From an uncultured Verrucomicrobiae bacterium (GTDB lineage Bacteria > Verrucomicrobiota > Verrucomicrobiia > Limisphaerales > Palsa-1400), in NCBI GenBank assembly GCA_963707025.1, contig CAVPOM010000007.1, forward strand, positions 96,001 to 160,000: DNA of 64,000 nucleotides. Reading direction: 5' to 3'. The number at the start of each line of letters is the position of its first letter. Position 1 is the first letter of the stretch. The notes beneath the pieces were generated by a model, which was not told the origin of the DNA, ran no database searches, and saw only the letters and a list, made by a program, of their open reading frames with translations. The translations under genes were made by a program, and so were the position numbers. Positions 39,266-49,637 of the stretch are shown one piece after another.

Positions 39266-42133
39266 TTACCTCGGTTCCTCCGGATCCGGCAGCGGCCTTG
39301 CATTGTCGCTGCCGGGTCTTTTTATTTGCAAGGTCCATCCCCGCCGCACCAGAATGTTGAGCAGGGCGGGCAGGAAGGTCAAGCCCGCCACCATGCAGGT
39401 GCCGATGCCGATGGTCATGAGAATGCCCAGGCTCTGCAGTCCCTGGTGCCGGCCCAGAATCAAGCTGCCAAATCCGGTCATGGACGCCAGGCCCGAAACC
39501 AGGACGGCCTTGCCGGTGCTGCGGGCCAGGATGCCCGGATCCTGCTCCTCGGCAAAGCGATTGAGAACATGAATCCCGTTGGTCACTCCGATGCCCAGGA
39601 CGAGCGGCAAGGTCATAATATCCGCCGGATTGAAGGGGATGCCGGTTTTGCCCATCAGGCCGGCCATCCACGTCGTGCCGATGGCCACCGGGAGCAGGGC
39701 CAGGATCACGCAAGCGACCGAGCGGAAGTGCAGGAAGACCATGATGACAATGGCGGCCAAGGCATAGAGCGCCGCGTGCTCGTAGCTGTGCCTCAGGAGC
39801 GATTCGTACTCGAACAATTGCACCGGTGTGCCGGTAATCCGATCGGCCGGCATGACCGAGCGCAACTGTTGGATGAACTCGGTCTGGTTGTCGCGCTGCC
39901 AAATGTCCTTCTTGGGGAAGACGAGCACACGGTAGCGGCCGGTCACGCCGATGAACTTGTTGTGGAGGGACGGCGGCAGGTCCTGCGGGCGCAGGCCGGT
40001 GCTGGTGTCCTGCCCCTGCAGCGCGGCAAAGGTGTTGCGGATGTCGTCGAAAAGCGCCAGTTGATAGGTGGAGAGGCGGCGCGGAATTTCCGGGTCGCCA
40101 CTGAACAATTTCACGCGAAACTCGCTCAGGGCGTCGCAAAGAGACTGGAATTGCGCGGCCAGTTCCGGATGATGCTTTTTGGTGTCCTCATCATCGCGGG
40201 CATTGAGCATATAACCCATGGTGGAATAAAGCGTGGCGCCCAGCTCGTCGAGATCCACCGGCCGCGCATCCGGCCGGGCAAAATGCACATTGGAAATCAG
40301 GCTCTTGATCGAGCGCACCATTTGCAATTTGGGCGACTGGTCCTCGGTGAGGATTTGATACATCGGCTCGCTTTTCTCCCGCTCATTCCGGTCGGCGGCG
40401 GCCACCGAGGGCAGCGTCTCGGCGAGGGCCTCGAATTGGCGCGCCTGCTGGAGAGTATCGGCCATGACCGCGGCAAACAGGACGGATTGGCCGTAATCGC
40501 GCAACTTCTTCTGCTCGGTCACCGAGCCGTCGCCGTTGGTGGTCAGGACGGTGACGCTGTTGGTCGAATAGAGCAGCTTCTTGGCGTAAGCCACCGAGGC
40601 CAGGCCCCGGCTCTGCATGTTGAGCAAATTGTAGTCGAAATAAACCTTGTGAAACTGCGTGGCCGCCGCCCCGCACAGCGCCAGGGCGGCGAGCACCACC
40701 CAGATCGGCCGCCTCAGCCACAGTTCCTCCAGTCGGGCGCGCTTGGCTTCCAGGGCGACCCGTTGGGCGTCCAGCGCATTCTGGCGCTTGCCGCGCATGA
40801 GCAAGACCGGGAGCAAGGTCAGCATCGGTATCAAGCACAACACCATGCCCCCGCCGGAAATGATGCCCATTTCCTGGATGCCTTTGAAATTGGTCAGCCC
40901 CATGGCAAAAAAGGCGCCCGCCGTGGTCAGCGCGCCGGTGATGATCCCCTGCCCGGTGAACACCAGCCCCTTTTCCACCGCCTCGGTCAGAGGGCGCTGG
41001 TGCCGGACCTCCTCCTCGTAGCGGGTGATGAGGTGAATCCCAAAATCAATCGCCAGGCCAATCAGGATCGGGGCAAAGGTGATCGTCAATATGTTCAAAT
41101 GCCCGACGGCCAGGGTGGTGAAGGCCATGCTGTAACCCAGGCCGATGATCAGGCAAACCACCGTCTTGAGCGGGCGTCCGGTTTCGCCGTAGGCATAAAT
41201 GAACAGCAGCGAGCAGACCAGGAGCGAGATAATCGTGGCCAGCGTGGCGTCGTGCTTGGATTGGACCATCGTATCGTAATCCAAAACCGGCTCGCCCGTC
41301 AGGCCGACGTTCAGGCCGGGGACTTCAAATTCCGTCTCGTGGATCAATTGGCGCATCCGTTGCACCGCGTCGGAACTCAGCTCCTGGCTGCGCGCGCGGG
41401 CGGTGACCAGAAAGATCCGCCCGTCGGCAAAGGTGATGTACATGGCGCGCTCGGCTTCCTCACCCGCGCCAAAAAGCGCGCTGATGCCCGGCGAAACCGG
41501 CCGGCCCGCCCGCGCCAGGCTCTCCGTCGCCTGGGTGATGATCCGTTCCAGCGCGGGAATGGCTTGGATGAGCGAATTGTTCTCGGCATTCTCCTCGCGC
41601 TTGGCGGTGCGGATTTGCTGGTTGATCAGGTTGAAGAGCGAATCCAGGTTGGTGGCGGCGGTGAATTTCTCCAGGAACGGGCGTTCATCGTTGAGAATCT
41701 CGCGCATGTCCGCCAGGTCCTTTTCCGGGGCGAAGAGCAGCGCCTTGGGGCCGAGGGCCGTCAGGTCGCCCTTGTAAAAGACGTCGCTAAAGAGATTGGT
41801 TTCCACCGAGATCTTGGCGGCCAGCCGCTCCACGAACTGGCGGTTGCGCTCCAGGTTGCCGCTTTCCACCACCACGGCCAACTCGTCCTCGCCGGGAAAT
41901 TCCGCGCGGTATTTCATGAAGTCCTGGTGATACTTCTTGTCCGCGCCCACCAGATGGTCCTGGTCCATGTCCATTTGCAAATGCCCGGCAGAGAACGCCG
42001 TGTAATAAACGCACAGGCCGAACAGGACAAATTGCGGAAGAACGAACCATTTGGGATGACGGCAGACCGCCCCCGCCAGGACCCGCAACAGCCGGGCAAA
42101 CCAGGAATTAGCAGCGTGGCTTCGCGGGTTCAA
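39266..42133 (-). CDS. MMPL/RND transporter, HpnN-like
   Basis: Two TM bundles with GLAIDFGIH and GIGVTNGIH; GLTGEP and ITGTP motifs. Confidence 0.88.
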   Translation of the reverse strand: MNPRSHAANSWFARLLRVLAGAVCRHPKWFVLPQFVLFGLCVYYTAFSAGHLQMDMDQDHLVGADKKYHQDFMKYRAEFPGEDELAVVVESGNLERNRQFVERLAAKISVETNLFSDVFYKGDLTALGPKALLFAPEKDLADMREILNDERPFLEKFTAATNLDSLFNLINQQIRTAKREENAENNSLIQAIPALERIITQATESLARAGRPVSPGISALFGAGEEAERAMYITFADGRIFLVTARARSQELSSDAVQRMRQLIHETEFEVPGLNVGLTGEPVLDYDTMVQSKHDATLATIISLLVCSLLFIYAYGETGRPLKTVVCLIIGLGYSMAFTTLAVGHLNILTITFAPILIGLAIDFGIHLITRYEEEVRHQRPLTEAVEKGLVFTGQGIITGALTTAGAFFAMGLTNFKGIQEMGIISGGGMVLCLIPMLTLLPVLLMRGKRQNALDAQRVALEAKRARLEELWLRRPIWVVLAALALCGAAATQFHKVYFDYNLLNMQSRGLASVAYAKKLLYSTNSVTVLTTNGDGSVTEQKKLRDYGQSVLFAAVMADTLQQARQFEALAETLPSVAAADRNEREKSEPMYQILTEDQSPKLQMVRSIKSLISNVHFARPDARPVDLDELGATLYSTMGYMLNARDDEDTKKHHPELAAQFQSLCDALSEFRVKLFSGDPEIPRRLSTYQLALFDDIRNTFAALQGQDTSTGLRPQDLPPSLHNKFIGVTGRYRVLVFPKKDIWQRDNQTEFIQQLRSVMPADRITGTPVQLFEYESLLRHSYEHAALYALAAIVIMVFLHFRSVACVILALLPVAIGTTWMAGLMGKTGIPFNPADIMTLPLVLGIGVTNGIHVLNRFAEEQDPGILARSTGKAVLVSGLASMTGFGSLILGRHQGLQSLGILMTIGIGTCMVAGLTFLPALLNILVRRGWTLQIKRPGSDNARPLPDPEEPR

Positions 42134-42151
42134 AGCTCAAAGCCCAACGGC

Positions 42152-42640
42152 CTAATACTTCTTGGTGAACTTCTTCCGCGAATCTTGCGCAGCCGGCGGA
42201 ACGCTGCTGGCCGCCTCCGGCTTCGGCGAGGGGCCGGTCGGTTGGGCGGAGGCTTCAGGGGCGGCGCTTTTTTCCTTCTCTTCGGGCGCGGCGCTTGTCT
42301 CCTTCTCCACTTTTGACTCTGCACCCGGCGCCGGTTCGGCGGGCTTGGAAACCGCTTCCACGAAAGCCAGACGCAGGCTGGTCAGGCTCTGCCGGAGCAG
42401 GGCCTCCTCGCGTTTGTCGAGGTTGCCCCGCGTTTTGGCCTCCAACATTTCCAGTTGATCAATGAAATATCTGGCGTGTTCCAGATCCCGCGCCGTCTCG
42501 CCCGTCTGCGGATGCGGGGCCAGGCCCAGGAAAATGGAAGCCATGTTGGTTTGTTGCAGGACCAGGCTGGCAAACATCGCCGTCATCAAGTCTTGCCCGC
42601 CCCCCGCCTCCGCCGCCTCTGGATCAACTGGATTATTCAT
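42152..42640 (-). CDS. DUF1844-like protein
   Basis: LG..PHP...DLE.AR.FIDQLEMLEAKTRGNL. Confidence 0.8.
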   Translation of the reverse strand: MNNPVDPEAAEAGGGQDLMTAMFASLVLQQTNMASIFLGLAPHPQTGETARDLEHARYFIDQLEMLEAKTRGNLDKREEALLRQSLTSLRLAFVEAVSKPAEPAPGAESKVEKETSAAPEEKEKSAAPEASAQPTGPSPKPEAASSVPPAAQDSRKKFTKKY

Positions 42641-42658
42641 CTTTTCACCTTGCAAAAT

Positions 42659-43342
42659 TCACTGTTCACTATTCGCCTTCTTCTGGCGCTGGCTGATTTC
42701 TCCCATCAAAAAACGAATCAGATGTCTCAGCCGCGGCTCCACCTCCACCGTCTCCAGAATGATCTGCTTCTGCGCCGCGCGCGTGAGCAGGGCGGAGGAA
42801 ACCAGGTCGGCCACCTGGTCGGCATCATCGCGCTTTTCCAGGCAGCCGATGATCTCCGGCACCGCCAGCAGGGCCTGCGCCTGTTTGATCTTGGCGGTCA
42901 ACTTCCTCGCGCCCGTGGCGGAAGAGGAAAAGCCGAGCTGAATCCGTTCCGTCACCAGGTCGCGCACTTTGGCCATCAACGCGTCAATGGCCACGCTGTC
43001 GCGCGCCGCCGCCAGCAGGGGCCGGATGCGGCTCACCGGAAACGGCTCCTGCCGCACCATTCCGGTCAACTCCACCCGCGCATGGCCCTGCAGCACCAGA
43101 TGGGAAGTCCCGTCGGCATGGGCCACGCAGACGCGCACCAAGCCCAACCCGGCCACCGCCGCGGGCACGGCGGAGGTGGCGCCCGGCCTTTGCATCGCCA
43201 CAATCAACATGCGGTGCGAACGCAGCACCGCCGCCAGCATCCGCCGGTAACGCAGCTCAAAAATGTGCAGCGGCAGCAGCGTCCCGGGAATCAGCGTCAC
43301 CCCGGGCAACGTCATCACGGGCGCTTCGTTCGGAATTTCCAT
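42659..43342 (-). CDS. Lon N-terminal (substrate-binding) domain protein
   Basis: LIPGTLLPLHIFELRYRRM; DGTSHLVLQG. Confidence 0.88.
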   Translation of the reverse strand: MEIPNEAPVMTLPGVTLIPGTLLPLHIFELRYRRMLAAVLRSHRMLIVAMQRPGATSAVPAAVAGLGLVRVCVAHADGTSHLVLQGHARVELTGMVRQEPFPVSRIRPLLAAARDSVAIDALMAKVRDLVTERIQLGFSSSATGARKLTAKIKQAQALLAVPEIIGCLEKRDDADQVADLVSSALLTRAAQKQIILETVEVEPRLRHLIRFLMGEISQRQKKANSEQ

Positions 43343-43428
43343 GAACACAGTCTAGGGTTCAATTGTCCAATAATCAAGACGGACATAGGAGCTTGCCAAA
43401 TTCCCGTTTTTATGCGCATTCTTTCATT

Positions 43429-44245
43429 ATGAAATCGAATTCGGTCGCCATTATTTTCATCCTCGCCTGCCTGGGCCTCGCGGCCGTTTTGTGGCAGCAA
43501 AACCTAAAGCACACCGAGCAAACAAAAGAGTTGGATAAAACCATCACCTCTTATTCCAATGATGTCACCTCTCTCGAACGTCAGGCTCAAGGAACAGGTC
43601 ATGGTCAACGCCACCCTGGAAACCAACCTGGCCGCCACACAACTCAAGTCCTCCAATGATCTGGCCGCCCTTCAAGCCACCCTGGCCACCACCGCCGCCA
43701 ACCTGGATAAATCGCAGACCGAGACCCGGGCCGCCGCCGCCGAGGCCGCCGCCGCCGAGGCCGCCGCGGCCGATAAGGACAAAAAAATCCTGGCCTTGGA
43801 AAGCCAAAACTCCGAATTGGACAAGCAATCCAACGACCTGCGCAGTTCCCTGACCAACCTCGAAGTTCAAATTCAGGCCACCCAGAAGAAACTGGACGCC
43901 TCCGAGGGCGACAAGAAACTGCTGATGGAGGAGTTGAAAACCCTCCAGGCCAAAAAGGCGGAATTGGAGGCTGAACTTACTAATCTCGCCTATCTCAAGG
44001 ACCAGGTCAAGATATTGAAGGACCAGCTTGCCGTTGACCGCCGTCTGGACTGGATCCGGCGCGGCATTTACGACGCCATTGGCCAAAAGGGCGGCGAGCG
44101 CTTGATCCATCCCCAGCCCTCCCTGGCGCCTCCCACCAACCAGGCCCTGGACGTGGAACTCCGGCAGAACGGCGGCGTCAAGATCAACCCGCCCTCCACT
44201 CCCCCCACCAACGCGCCCTCCACCAACGCGCCCACCGCCAAATGA
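43429..44245 (+). CDS. Membrane-anchored coiled-coil protein (frameshift near 43580)
   Basis: N-terminal TM in one frame, heptad-rich body in the next. Confidence 0.7.
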
Positions 44246-44276
44246 CGCCCCATCCCCTGCCTTTGCAAAACCTTTA

Positions 44277-45362
44277 ATGGACCCTAGCCGCGCCTTGCAC
44301 CCTTTGCCGGCCAATCTAATTGACTCTCACGGCCGCGTCTTGCGCGACCTGCGCGTCAGCGTCACCGACCGCTGCAATTTCCGCTGCCTCTATTGCCTGC
44401 CGGAGACGGACGCCGCCGCCAGTTTTCAGCACGCCCGCTTCCTCCCCACCCCGCCGGCGCCCGCGGCGCCTCCGCCGGCGCGCTGGGGCGCCAAGCCGCC
44501 ACCCCTGACCTTCGACGAAATCGAGCGCGCCGTCCGCATCGCCGTCGGGTTGGGCATCGAAAAAGTGCGCCTGACCGGCGGCGAACCGCTCCTCCAGCCC
44601 CAACTGCCGGCCCTGGTGCAAAAAATCGCCCGCCTCCCCGGCCTGCGCGACCTGGCCATCACCACCAACGGTTTCCTCTTTGCCGAAAAAGGCCGCGCTT
44701 TGCGCGACGCCGGCCTGCGGCGCGTCAGCTTCAGCCTGGATTCGTTGGATCGCGCCAATTTCCACAAAATCACCGGGCGCGACAGTTTGTCCGTCGTTTT
44801 GGCCGCCATTGAACTGGCCCAAAAAATCGGCTTGCAGCCGGTCAAGGTCAACGCCGTCATTATCCGGGGCCTCAACGACCATGAACTGGTCCCGCTGGCC
44901 CAATTCGCCCGCGACCGGCAACTGAGCCTGCGCTTCATCGAGTTTATGCCCCTGGATTCCGGCCGCGTCTGGAACAAGGACCTGGTCGTCTCCGGCGCCG
45001 AAATTCGCCGCCGCCTCCAGGAACATCTTTCCCTGCAACCGGTGGTTTCCGCCAACCCGTCGGAGACCGCCCAACGCTGGCTGCTCGACGGCGGTCCCGG
45101 CGAGATCGGCATCATTGCTCCGGTCACCGAACCTTTTTGCGGCCACTGCAACCGGTTGCGTTTGACGGCCGACGGCAAAATCCGCACCTGTCTGTTCAGC
45201 GCCCAGGAGCACGACTTGGGCGCGCTGCTGCGCAACCGGGCCTCCGACGACGCCATCCGCGGTTTTTTCCAGGCCGTGGTCTGGCAGAAAGAAGCGCGCC
45301 ATCACATTGGCGAGCCCGGCTTCATCCAACCCGCCCGCACCATGAGCCGCATTGGCGGGTGA
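44277..45362 (+). CDS. moaA: GTP 3',8-cyclase
   Basis: SVTDRCNFRCLYC, RLTGGEP, FIEFMP, FCGHCNRLRLTADG, C-terminal IGG. Confidence 0.95.
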   Translation: MDPSRALHPLPANLIDSHGRVLRDLRVSVTDRCNFRCLYCLPETDAAASFQHARFLPTPPAPAAPPPARWGAKPPPLTFDEIERAVRIAVGLGIEKVRLTGGEPLLQPQLPALVQKIARLPGLRDLAITTNGFLFAEKGRALRDAGLRRVSFSLDSLDRANFHKITGRDSLSVVLAAIELAQKIGLQPVKVNAVIIRGLNDHELVPLAQFARDRQLSLRFIEFMPLDSGRVWNKDLVVSGAEIRRRLQEHLSLQPVVSANPSETAQRWLLDGGPGEIGIIAPVTEPFCGHCNRLRLTADGKIRTCLFSAQEHDLGALLRNRASDDAIRGFFQAVVWQKEARHHIGEPGFIQPARTMSRIGG

Positions 45363-45373
45363 GGCTTCCCTCC

Positions 45374-46327
45374 TCAGTCTGGAGTGAAGAAATAACGTGT
45401 CAGATGGAAAAAGACGGGCGCGGCAAAACAGAGCGAATCAATCCGGTCCATCACCCCGCCGTGCCCTGCAATCCAATGGCCGTAATCTTTCACGCCCCGA
45501 TCGCGTTTGATGGCCGACATGACCAGGCCGCCGCCAAAACCCATCAACGTTATGGCCAGGGACATGCCGGCGGATTGCAGCGGCGTGAACGGCGTGGCCC
45601 ACCACAATCCCCCGCCCAGCAGGGTCGCGCCCGCAACGCCCCCGATGAATCCTTCCCAGGTTTTATTCGGGCTGACCGAGGGCGCGATTTTGTGGCGGCC
45701 CAGCGTTTTGCCCCAAACGTACTGCAGCACATCGCTGATTTGCGCGACCAAAACAAAATAGAACATCAGCTTCCCGTTTTGGCCTTCGTAACCGGGAATG
45801 TTCAAGCTCAACAAAGCCGGGACGTAACTCACACAATAAACGCAAATCATCAAGGCCCATTGGATTTTTGCGGTGCGTTCCAAAAAACGTTCGCAATCGC
45901 CCGCCATCGCGCTGCGAATCGGAAGAAACAGAAACGCATAGACGGGTATCATGATCGAAAAAAGCCCATACCACTTGATGGCGATCAAATAATACTGCAG
46001 CGGCAGGATGACGAAAAACACCCAGAACAAAGAACGATGATCCCCGGGCCGTGTTGGCGTCAGCGTAATGAATTCCCGCAAGGCCAGAAACGAGGTCAGG
46101 GCGAACAAAACCACCGAGCCGATGCCGCCGGTGGCCATGGCCAGGCCGAAAACCGCCACCATCATCCACCAGGCGCGGATGCGGGCGTTGAGATTTTGCA
46201 CGGTCGCTTTGCCCGGGTCACTGCTCACGCGCCACGAGAGCAACCAGCCCAGCAAGGACGACACCGCCAGCAAGGCCAGCACACCGCCGACCAGCCACCA
46301 GGTTTGCTTGTCGAATTTGAGGCTCAT
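45374..46327 (-). CDS. Phosphatidate cytidylyltransferase (YnbB-like)
   Basis: SPNKTWEG, SAIKRDRGVKDYG..I.GHGGVMDRIDS. Confidence 0.92.
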   Translation of the reverse strand: MSLKFDKQTWWLVGGVLALLAVSSLLGWLLSWRVSSDPGKATVQNLNARIRAWWMMVAVFGLAMATGGIGSVVLFALTSFLALREFITLTPTRPGDHRSLFWVFFVILPLQYYLIAIKWYGLFSIMIPVYAFLFLPIRSAMAGDCERFLERTAKIQWALMICVYCVSYVPALLSLNIPGYEGQNGKLMFYFVLVAQISDVLQYVWGKTLGRHKIAPSVSPNKTWEGFIGGVAGATLLGGGLWWATPFTPLQSAGMSLAITLMGFGGGLVMSAIKRDRGVKDYGHWIAGHGGVMDRIDSLCFAAPVFFHLTRYFFTPD

Positions 46328-46926
46328 CCTTCTTGCATCCCCTTGACTGCGGCCTGCGCGCGTTCCAGGAACCGGGCTTTTTCCTCGCCCTTTTCAAGTT
46401 TTATCGCCGCGCCGAAGCTCACGCTGCCCAGCAACGGCACGGCCAAAAACTCCCCCTTGGGCAGGATGCGGTTCAAATTCTCGATCAGCACCGGCACCAA
46501 TTCAACGTCCGGCCGGTCTTTGGCGAGATGAAACAGCCCGCCCTTGAAGGGGGCCAATTCCAGACCCGTTTGCCGTCCGCCCTCGGGGAAAATGATCAGC
46601 GAATAACGGTCGCCCAGCGCGGCCAGCATGTCGGCCAGCGGATTGTCATGGGCCGTTGGTTTCTTGCGCTCGATGAGCACGGCGTGCAGAACCTGATTGG
46701 CCAGATACCGTCGCAACGGGCCTTTGCTCCAATAATCCCGCGCCCCCACCGGCCGGGTCAAGGCGCGCACCGGCGGCGGCAGCGACGCCCAGACCACCAG
46801 CGCGTCCAGGTTGCTGGTGTGGTTGGCGAAATAGACCCGTTGCCGCACCTCCGGCCCGCAGCCGGCCCAGCGCACATTCGCGCCACTGACAAGCCTGGCC
46901 AGCCCCACCAGCAAGGCACTGGTCAT
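46324..46926 (-). CDS. Lysophospholipid acyltransferase (PlsC family)
   Basis: ANHTSNLD, IIFPEG. Confidence 0.9.
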   Translation of the reverse strand: MTSALLVGLARLVSGANVRWAGCGPEVRQRVYFANHTSNLDALVVWASLPPPVRALTRPVGARDYWSKGPLRRYLANQVLHAVLIERKKPTAHDNPLADMLAALGDRYSLIIFPEGGRQTGLELAPFKGGLFHLAKDRPDVELVPVLIENLNRILPKGEFLAVPLLGSVSFGAAIKLEKGEEKARFLERAQAAVKGMQEG

Positions 46927-47588
46927 TTCTTGGCCTCCATTTCCCGCGCGATCCGGCGGCACCGGCGGAAAATGGTGACGACACAACCCGCCGCCACCAA
47001 TCCCAGCGCCAGTGGAATGACTCGGGACAGCATCGGCCAGAACGGGGCGAGCGCGCCGGCCCCGCACGCGGCCGTCATCGCCGCCATGCGCTGTTGCTTG
47101 GCCATCGGCCCGGCAAATTGCTGCCCCGCACCCATGCTCGCCCCCAAGGCGCGCGCGTAGGCTGTGATAAGCGACAGCACCGCCGCCGTCCAGCCCAGCT
47201 CGATCGTCCACCTGAATTCCGGCACGGAATACCCCGCCCCAATGAAAATAAACGCATCCGAAAAGCGGTCAGGCAGTTCATTGAAGATTTCTCCCGCCTT
47301 CGTTTTGAATCCGCCTTCAATCGCCACCATGCCATCCCACAAATTGCACAGCAGACGAATCTGCATTCCGCAAGCCGCCAAAATCAGCAGAACACTCCAA
47401 TGCCAGTCATGCCTGCTTCCGCCAGCCAGCCAAAAACAGATTCCCGCCCCGGCGGCGAAGAGGACGCCGGCCATGGAGATCACATTCGGACGGATGCCGG
47501 CGCGGGCCAGCCCACTGGCCAGGGCAGCGGCCCATTTGGTGTCCCGCGATTTGAGCGGACGACGGGTGATGTTCTCCGGGTTGTTCAT
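46923..47588 (-). CDS. CDP-alcohol phosphatidyltransferase (YnbA-like)
   Basis: NLWDGMVA...GEIFNELPDRFSD; GPMAKQQR. Confidence 0.9.
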   Translation of the reverse strand: MNNPENITRRPLKSRDTKWAAALASGLARAGIRPNVISMAGVLFAAGAGICFWLAGGSRHDWHWSVLLILAACGMQIRLLCNLWDGMVAIEGGFKTKAGEIFNELPDRFSDAFIFIGAGYSVPEFRWTIELGWTAAVLSLITAYARALGASMGAGQQFAGPMAKQQRMAAMTAACGAGALAPFWPMLSRVIPLALGLVAAGCVVTIFRRCRRIAREMEAKK

Positions 47589-47594
47589 TTGGCC

Positions 47595-47999
47595 TCACGC
47601 CGGACGTTGCAGCAACTCGGCTTGAAAACCTGTCACGCCGGCCAAAAGCAAAAAGTGACGGTCAAACGTCACCAGCGCCACCTCGTGATGCCGGCAGACC
47701 GTGGCAATGATCAGATCGGCGAAGCCAGCTTGCACCCCCGCATCCCGGCATTGCTGGCCATGGACGGTCGCCATGCGCCACAAGCCGGCAGGAGTGGTGA
47801 GCATGGGCAGCGTGCGCAAACGCTTCTCAATCCCCGCACGCTCTGCTTTCGGCGACTGGCGCAGCAGTTCAAACCAAACCGGTTCACAGACCACGGCGCC
47901 CGGCCGGTTGAGGGCTTCATCGGTCACCTGCCGGATTTTTTCCGGTGTGCCGGGGCGCAGGTGGTCAATCCATACACAGGTGTCAATCAACCATTCCAT
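47595..47999 (-). CDS. VapC/PIN toxin
   Basis: LIDTCVWID...E...DLIIA...VTFDRHF. Confidence 0.9.
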   Translation of the reverse strand: MEWLIDTCVWIDHLRPGTPEKIRQVTDEALNRPGAVVCEPVWFELLRQSPKAERAGIEKRLRTLPMLTTPAGLWRMATVHGQQCRDAGVQAGFADLIIATVCRHHEVALVTFDRHFLLLAGVTGFQAELLQRPA

Positions 48000-48214
48000 G
48001 GATTCTCCTCGCGCTCGCGCTTGCGGGATTCTTCCCAGTCGGGAAATTCCACGCGGAATTTTCCCGCCATCACTTCATCCGAAAGCTCACGCCGCCGCCG
48101 CAGCATGAGTTGGGAGGCGACCAGCTTCACGATAGCCGGGCCTTTCTTTTTTTCGCCGGAGAACCGCAAAATGTCTTTCAGATCCTTTTCCAGAATGTCC
48201 ACTGTTATTTTCAT
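47987..48214 (-). CDS. VapB (DUF2191-like) antitoxin
   Basis: MKITVDI...SGEKKKGPAI; overlaps toxin. Confidence 0.82.
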   Translation of the reverse strand: MKITVDILEKDLKDILRFSGEKKKGPAIVKLVASQLMLRRRRELSDEVMAGKFRVEFPDWEESRKREREENPWNG

Positions 48215-48220
48215 ACTCTA

Positions 48221-48248
48221 ATCATACTAGAATATGATTCTATGTCAA
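48221..48248 (-). promoter_or_regulatory. Leaderless promoter with palindromic operator
   Basis: TTGACA-16-TATGAT-6-ATG; spacer contains TAGAAT-cat-ATTCTA. Confidence 0.75.
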
Positions 48249-48276
48249 GAAATATAGGATTTTTGGCAACCCAAAA

Positions 48277-49485
48277 TCACTTCACCGCCACATAGCGCGG
48301 CTGCGGCCCCAGCTCCACGGCAACCTCCGGCGTCCAGGCGGTCAGGTGGACGGCATGCGCTTCCGCCAAAGTCCACGCGGCAGCCTTGCGCGCGCCGGCC
48401 CCGTTGACAAATACCAGCACGAAGTCCGTTTCCGCCGTCCCCTCCAATCTTCGTTCCAGCCGGTAGCCGTTCAATTCCGCCGTCATCATTTTGAGCGCCG
48501 TGTAGGCCGGCTTGGGTTGCAGATCATCAGTTACCGTCCCAAAGTTCTGCTCGTTGTCGGCGGGATCGCGCCCGTCATTCTTCCAGTCATACCAGATCGA
48601 GAGCGGGATGCCGTTGAGCAAATTGCCCAATTGCTGGCGCACGGCAAAAGCCGCCTGCGTTTCCAGCGAGACGCCCTTGGTGTTCGACGCATAACCCCAC
48701 TCGCCGCTCAGGATCGGAATTTTCCCGCGCTTGGATTCCGGCGCGCAACGGTCAATCAGTTCCCGCAACCTTTTGTAATCCGCGGCGGCCGTTTCCGGCG
48801 GCCGGTTGGGCGCCCGATAAGGATGAACGCTCACGCCGTCGAGAAACTCCAGCACGCCCGACTGCAAAAAATACTCCATATAATTCCAATCAAAGCCCGA
48901 CATGGCCGGCGCGATGATGCTGGCGGAAGGTTCGGCTTCCCGGATGGCTTTGGCCGTCGCCAGCGCCATCGTGGTGTACTCGGCTGCGTCCGGTTTGGGC
49001 CGCCAAAAACCGCCGTTCGGTTCGTTGTAAATTTCCCACAAGATGTGCCGGCCGGCATAATGACGCGCCGCCGCCGCCGCCCAGCGCGCGAAGGCGGCCA
49101 CGCTCTCCGGATGGCGCGGCGAGGCGACATGCTGTTCCGGCACGGGTTCGCCGACGGCGCGCCGGGCCTCCACCATCGGCTCATACAAACCGTTCGCATA
49201 ATCCAGGATGTAAAGGGCGCGCAACCCCCGTTGCTCCAGGTGCGCCGTCAACTCATCGTAGGCAGTCCAGTCATAAACTCCCGCCGTTCGCTCCGTCCCT
49301 TCCCAACTGAAATCCATCCGCGCGAACTTGAACCCGGCGTTGGTGATCAAGTCCAGATCGCGCGTGCGTCCCGTGACAAAATGAATATTGACGCCCACCC
49401 CGGCGGGAATGACGCCCGGCGGAATTTGCCCGCAAACAGTCTCCTGCACCAAACCCGCCGCCAACAAAAGGAGTGAAAACTTCAT
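48277..49485 (-). CDS. Clan GH-A glycoside hydrolase (GH5/GH39-like), exported
   Basis: RMDFSW, WEIYNEPN, SVHPY, LSGEWGY. Confidence 0.85.
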   Translation of the reverse strand: MKFSLLLLAAGLVQETVCGQIPPGVIPAGVGVNIHFVTGRTRDLDLITNAGFKFARMDFSWEGTERTAGVYDWTAYDELTAHLEQRGLRALYILDYANGLYEPMVEARRAVGEPVPEQHVASPRHPESVAAFARWAAAAARHYAGRHILWEIYNEPNGGFWRPKPDAAEYTTMALATAKAIREAEPSASIIAPAMSGFDWNYMEYFLQSGVLEFLDGVSVHPYRAPNRPPETAAADYKRLRELIDRCAPESKRGKIPILSGEWGYASNTKGVSLETQAAFAVRQQLGNLLNGIPLSIWYDWKNDGRDPADNEQNFGTVTDDLQPKPAYTALKMMTAELNGYRLERRLEGTAETDFVLVFVNGAGARKAAAWTLAEAHAVHLTAWTPEVAVELGPQPRYVAVK

Positions 49486-49637
49486 GCCCGCATCGTAAAC
49501 GATCCACCCTGCCTTTGCACGTTTTAGCCCGGACATTTCCTGCGTCATGGGTGGAATCCCGACGCAGTCGGGACCCGTCCCGCCGGGCCACTGGCCCGGC
49601 GCACACGGCTGGCTCATGAAGGGAAGCCTCCCGCTTC

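Noticed and set aside
39125..42316. 1063-aa plus-strand ORF and similar long antisense ORFs (e.g. 3755, 9238, 37397, 54008)
   Set aside because: Shadow frames opposite well-supported genes in GC-rich DNA, with no recognisable motifs
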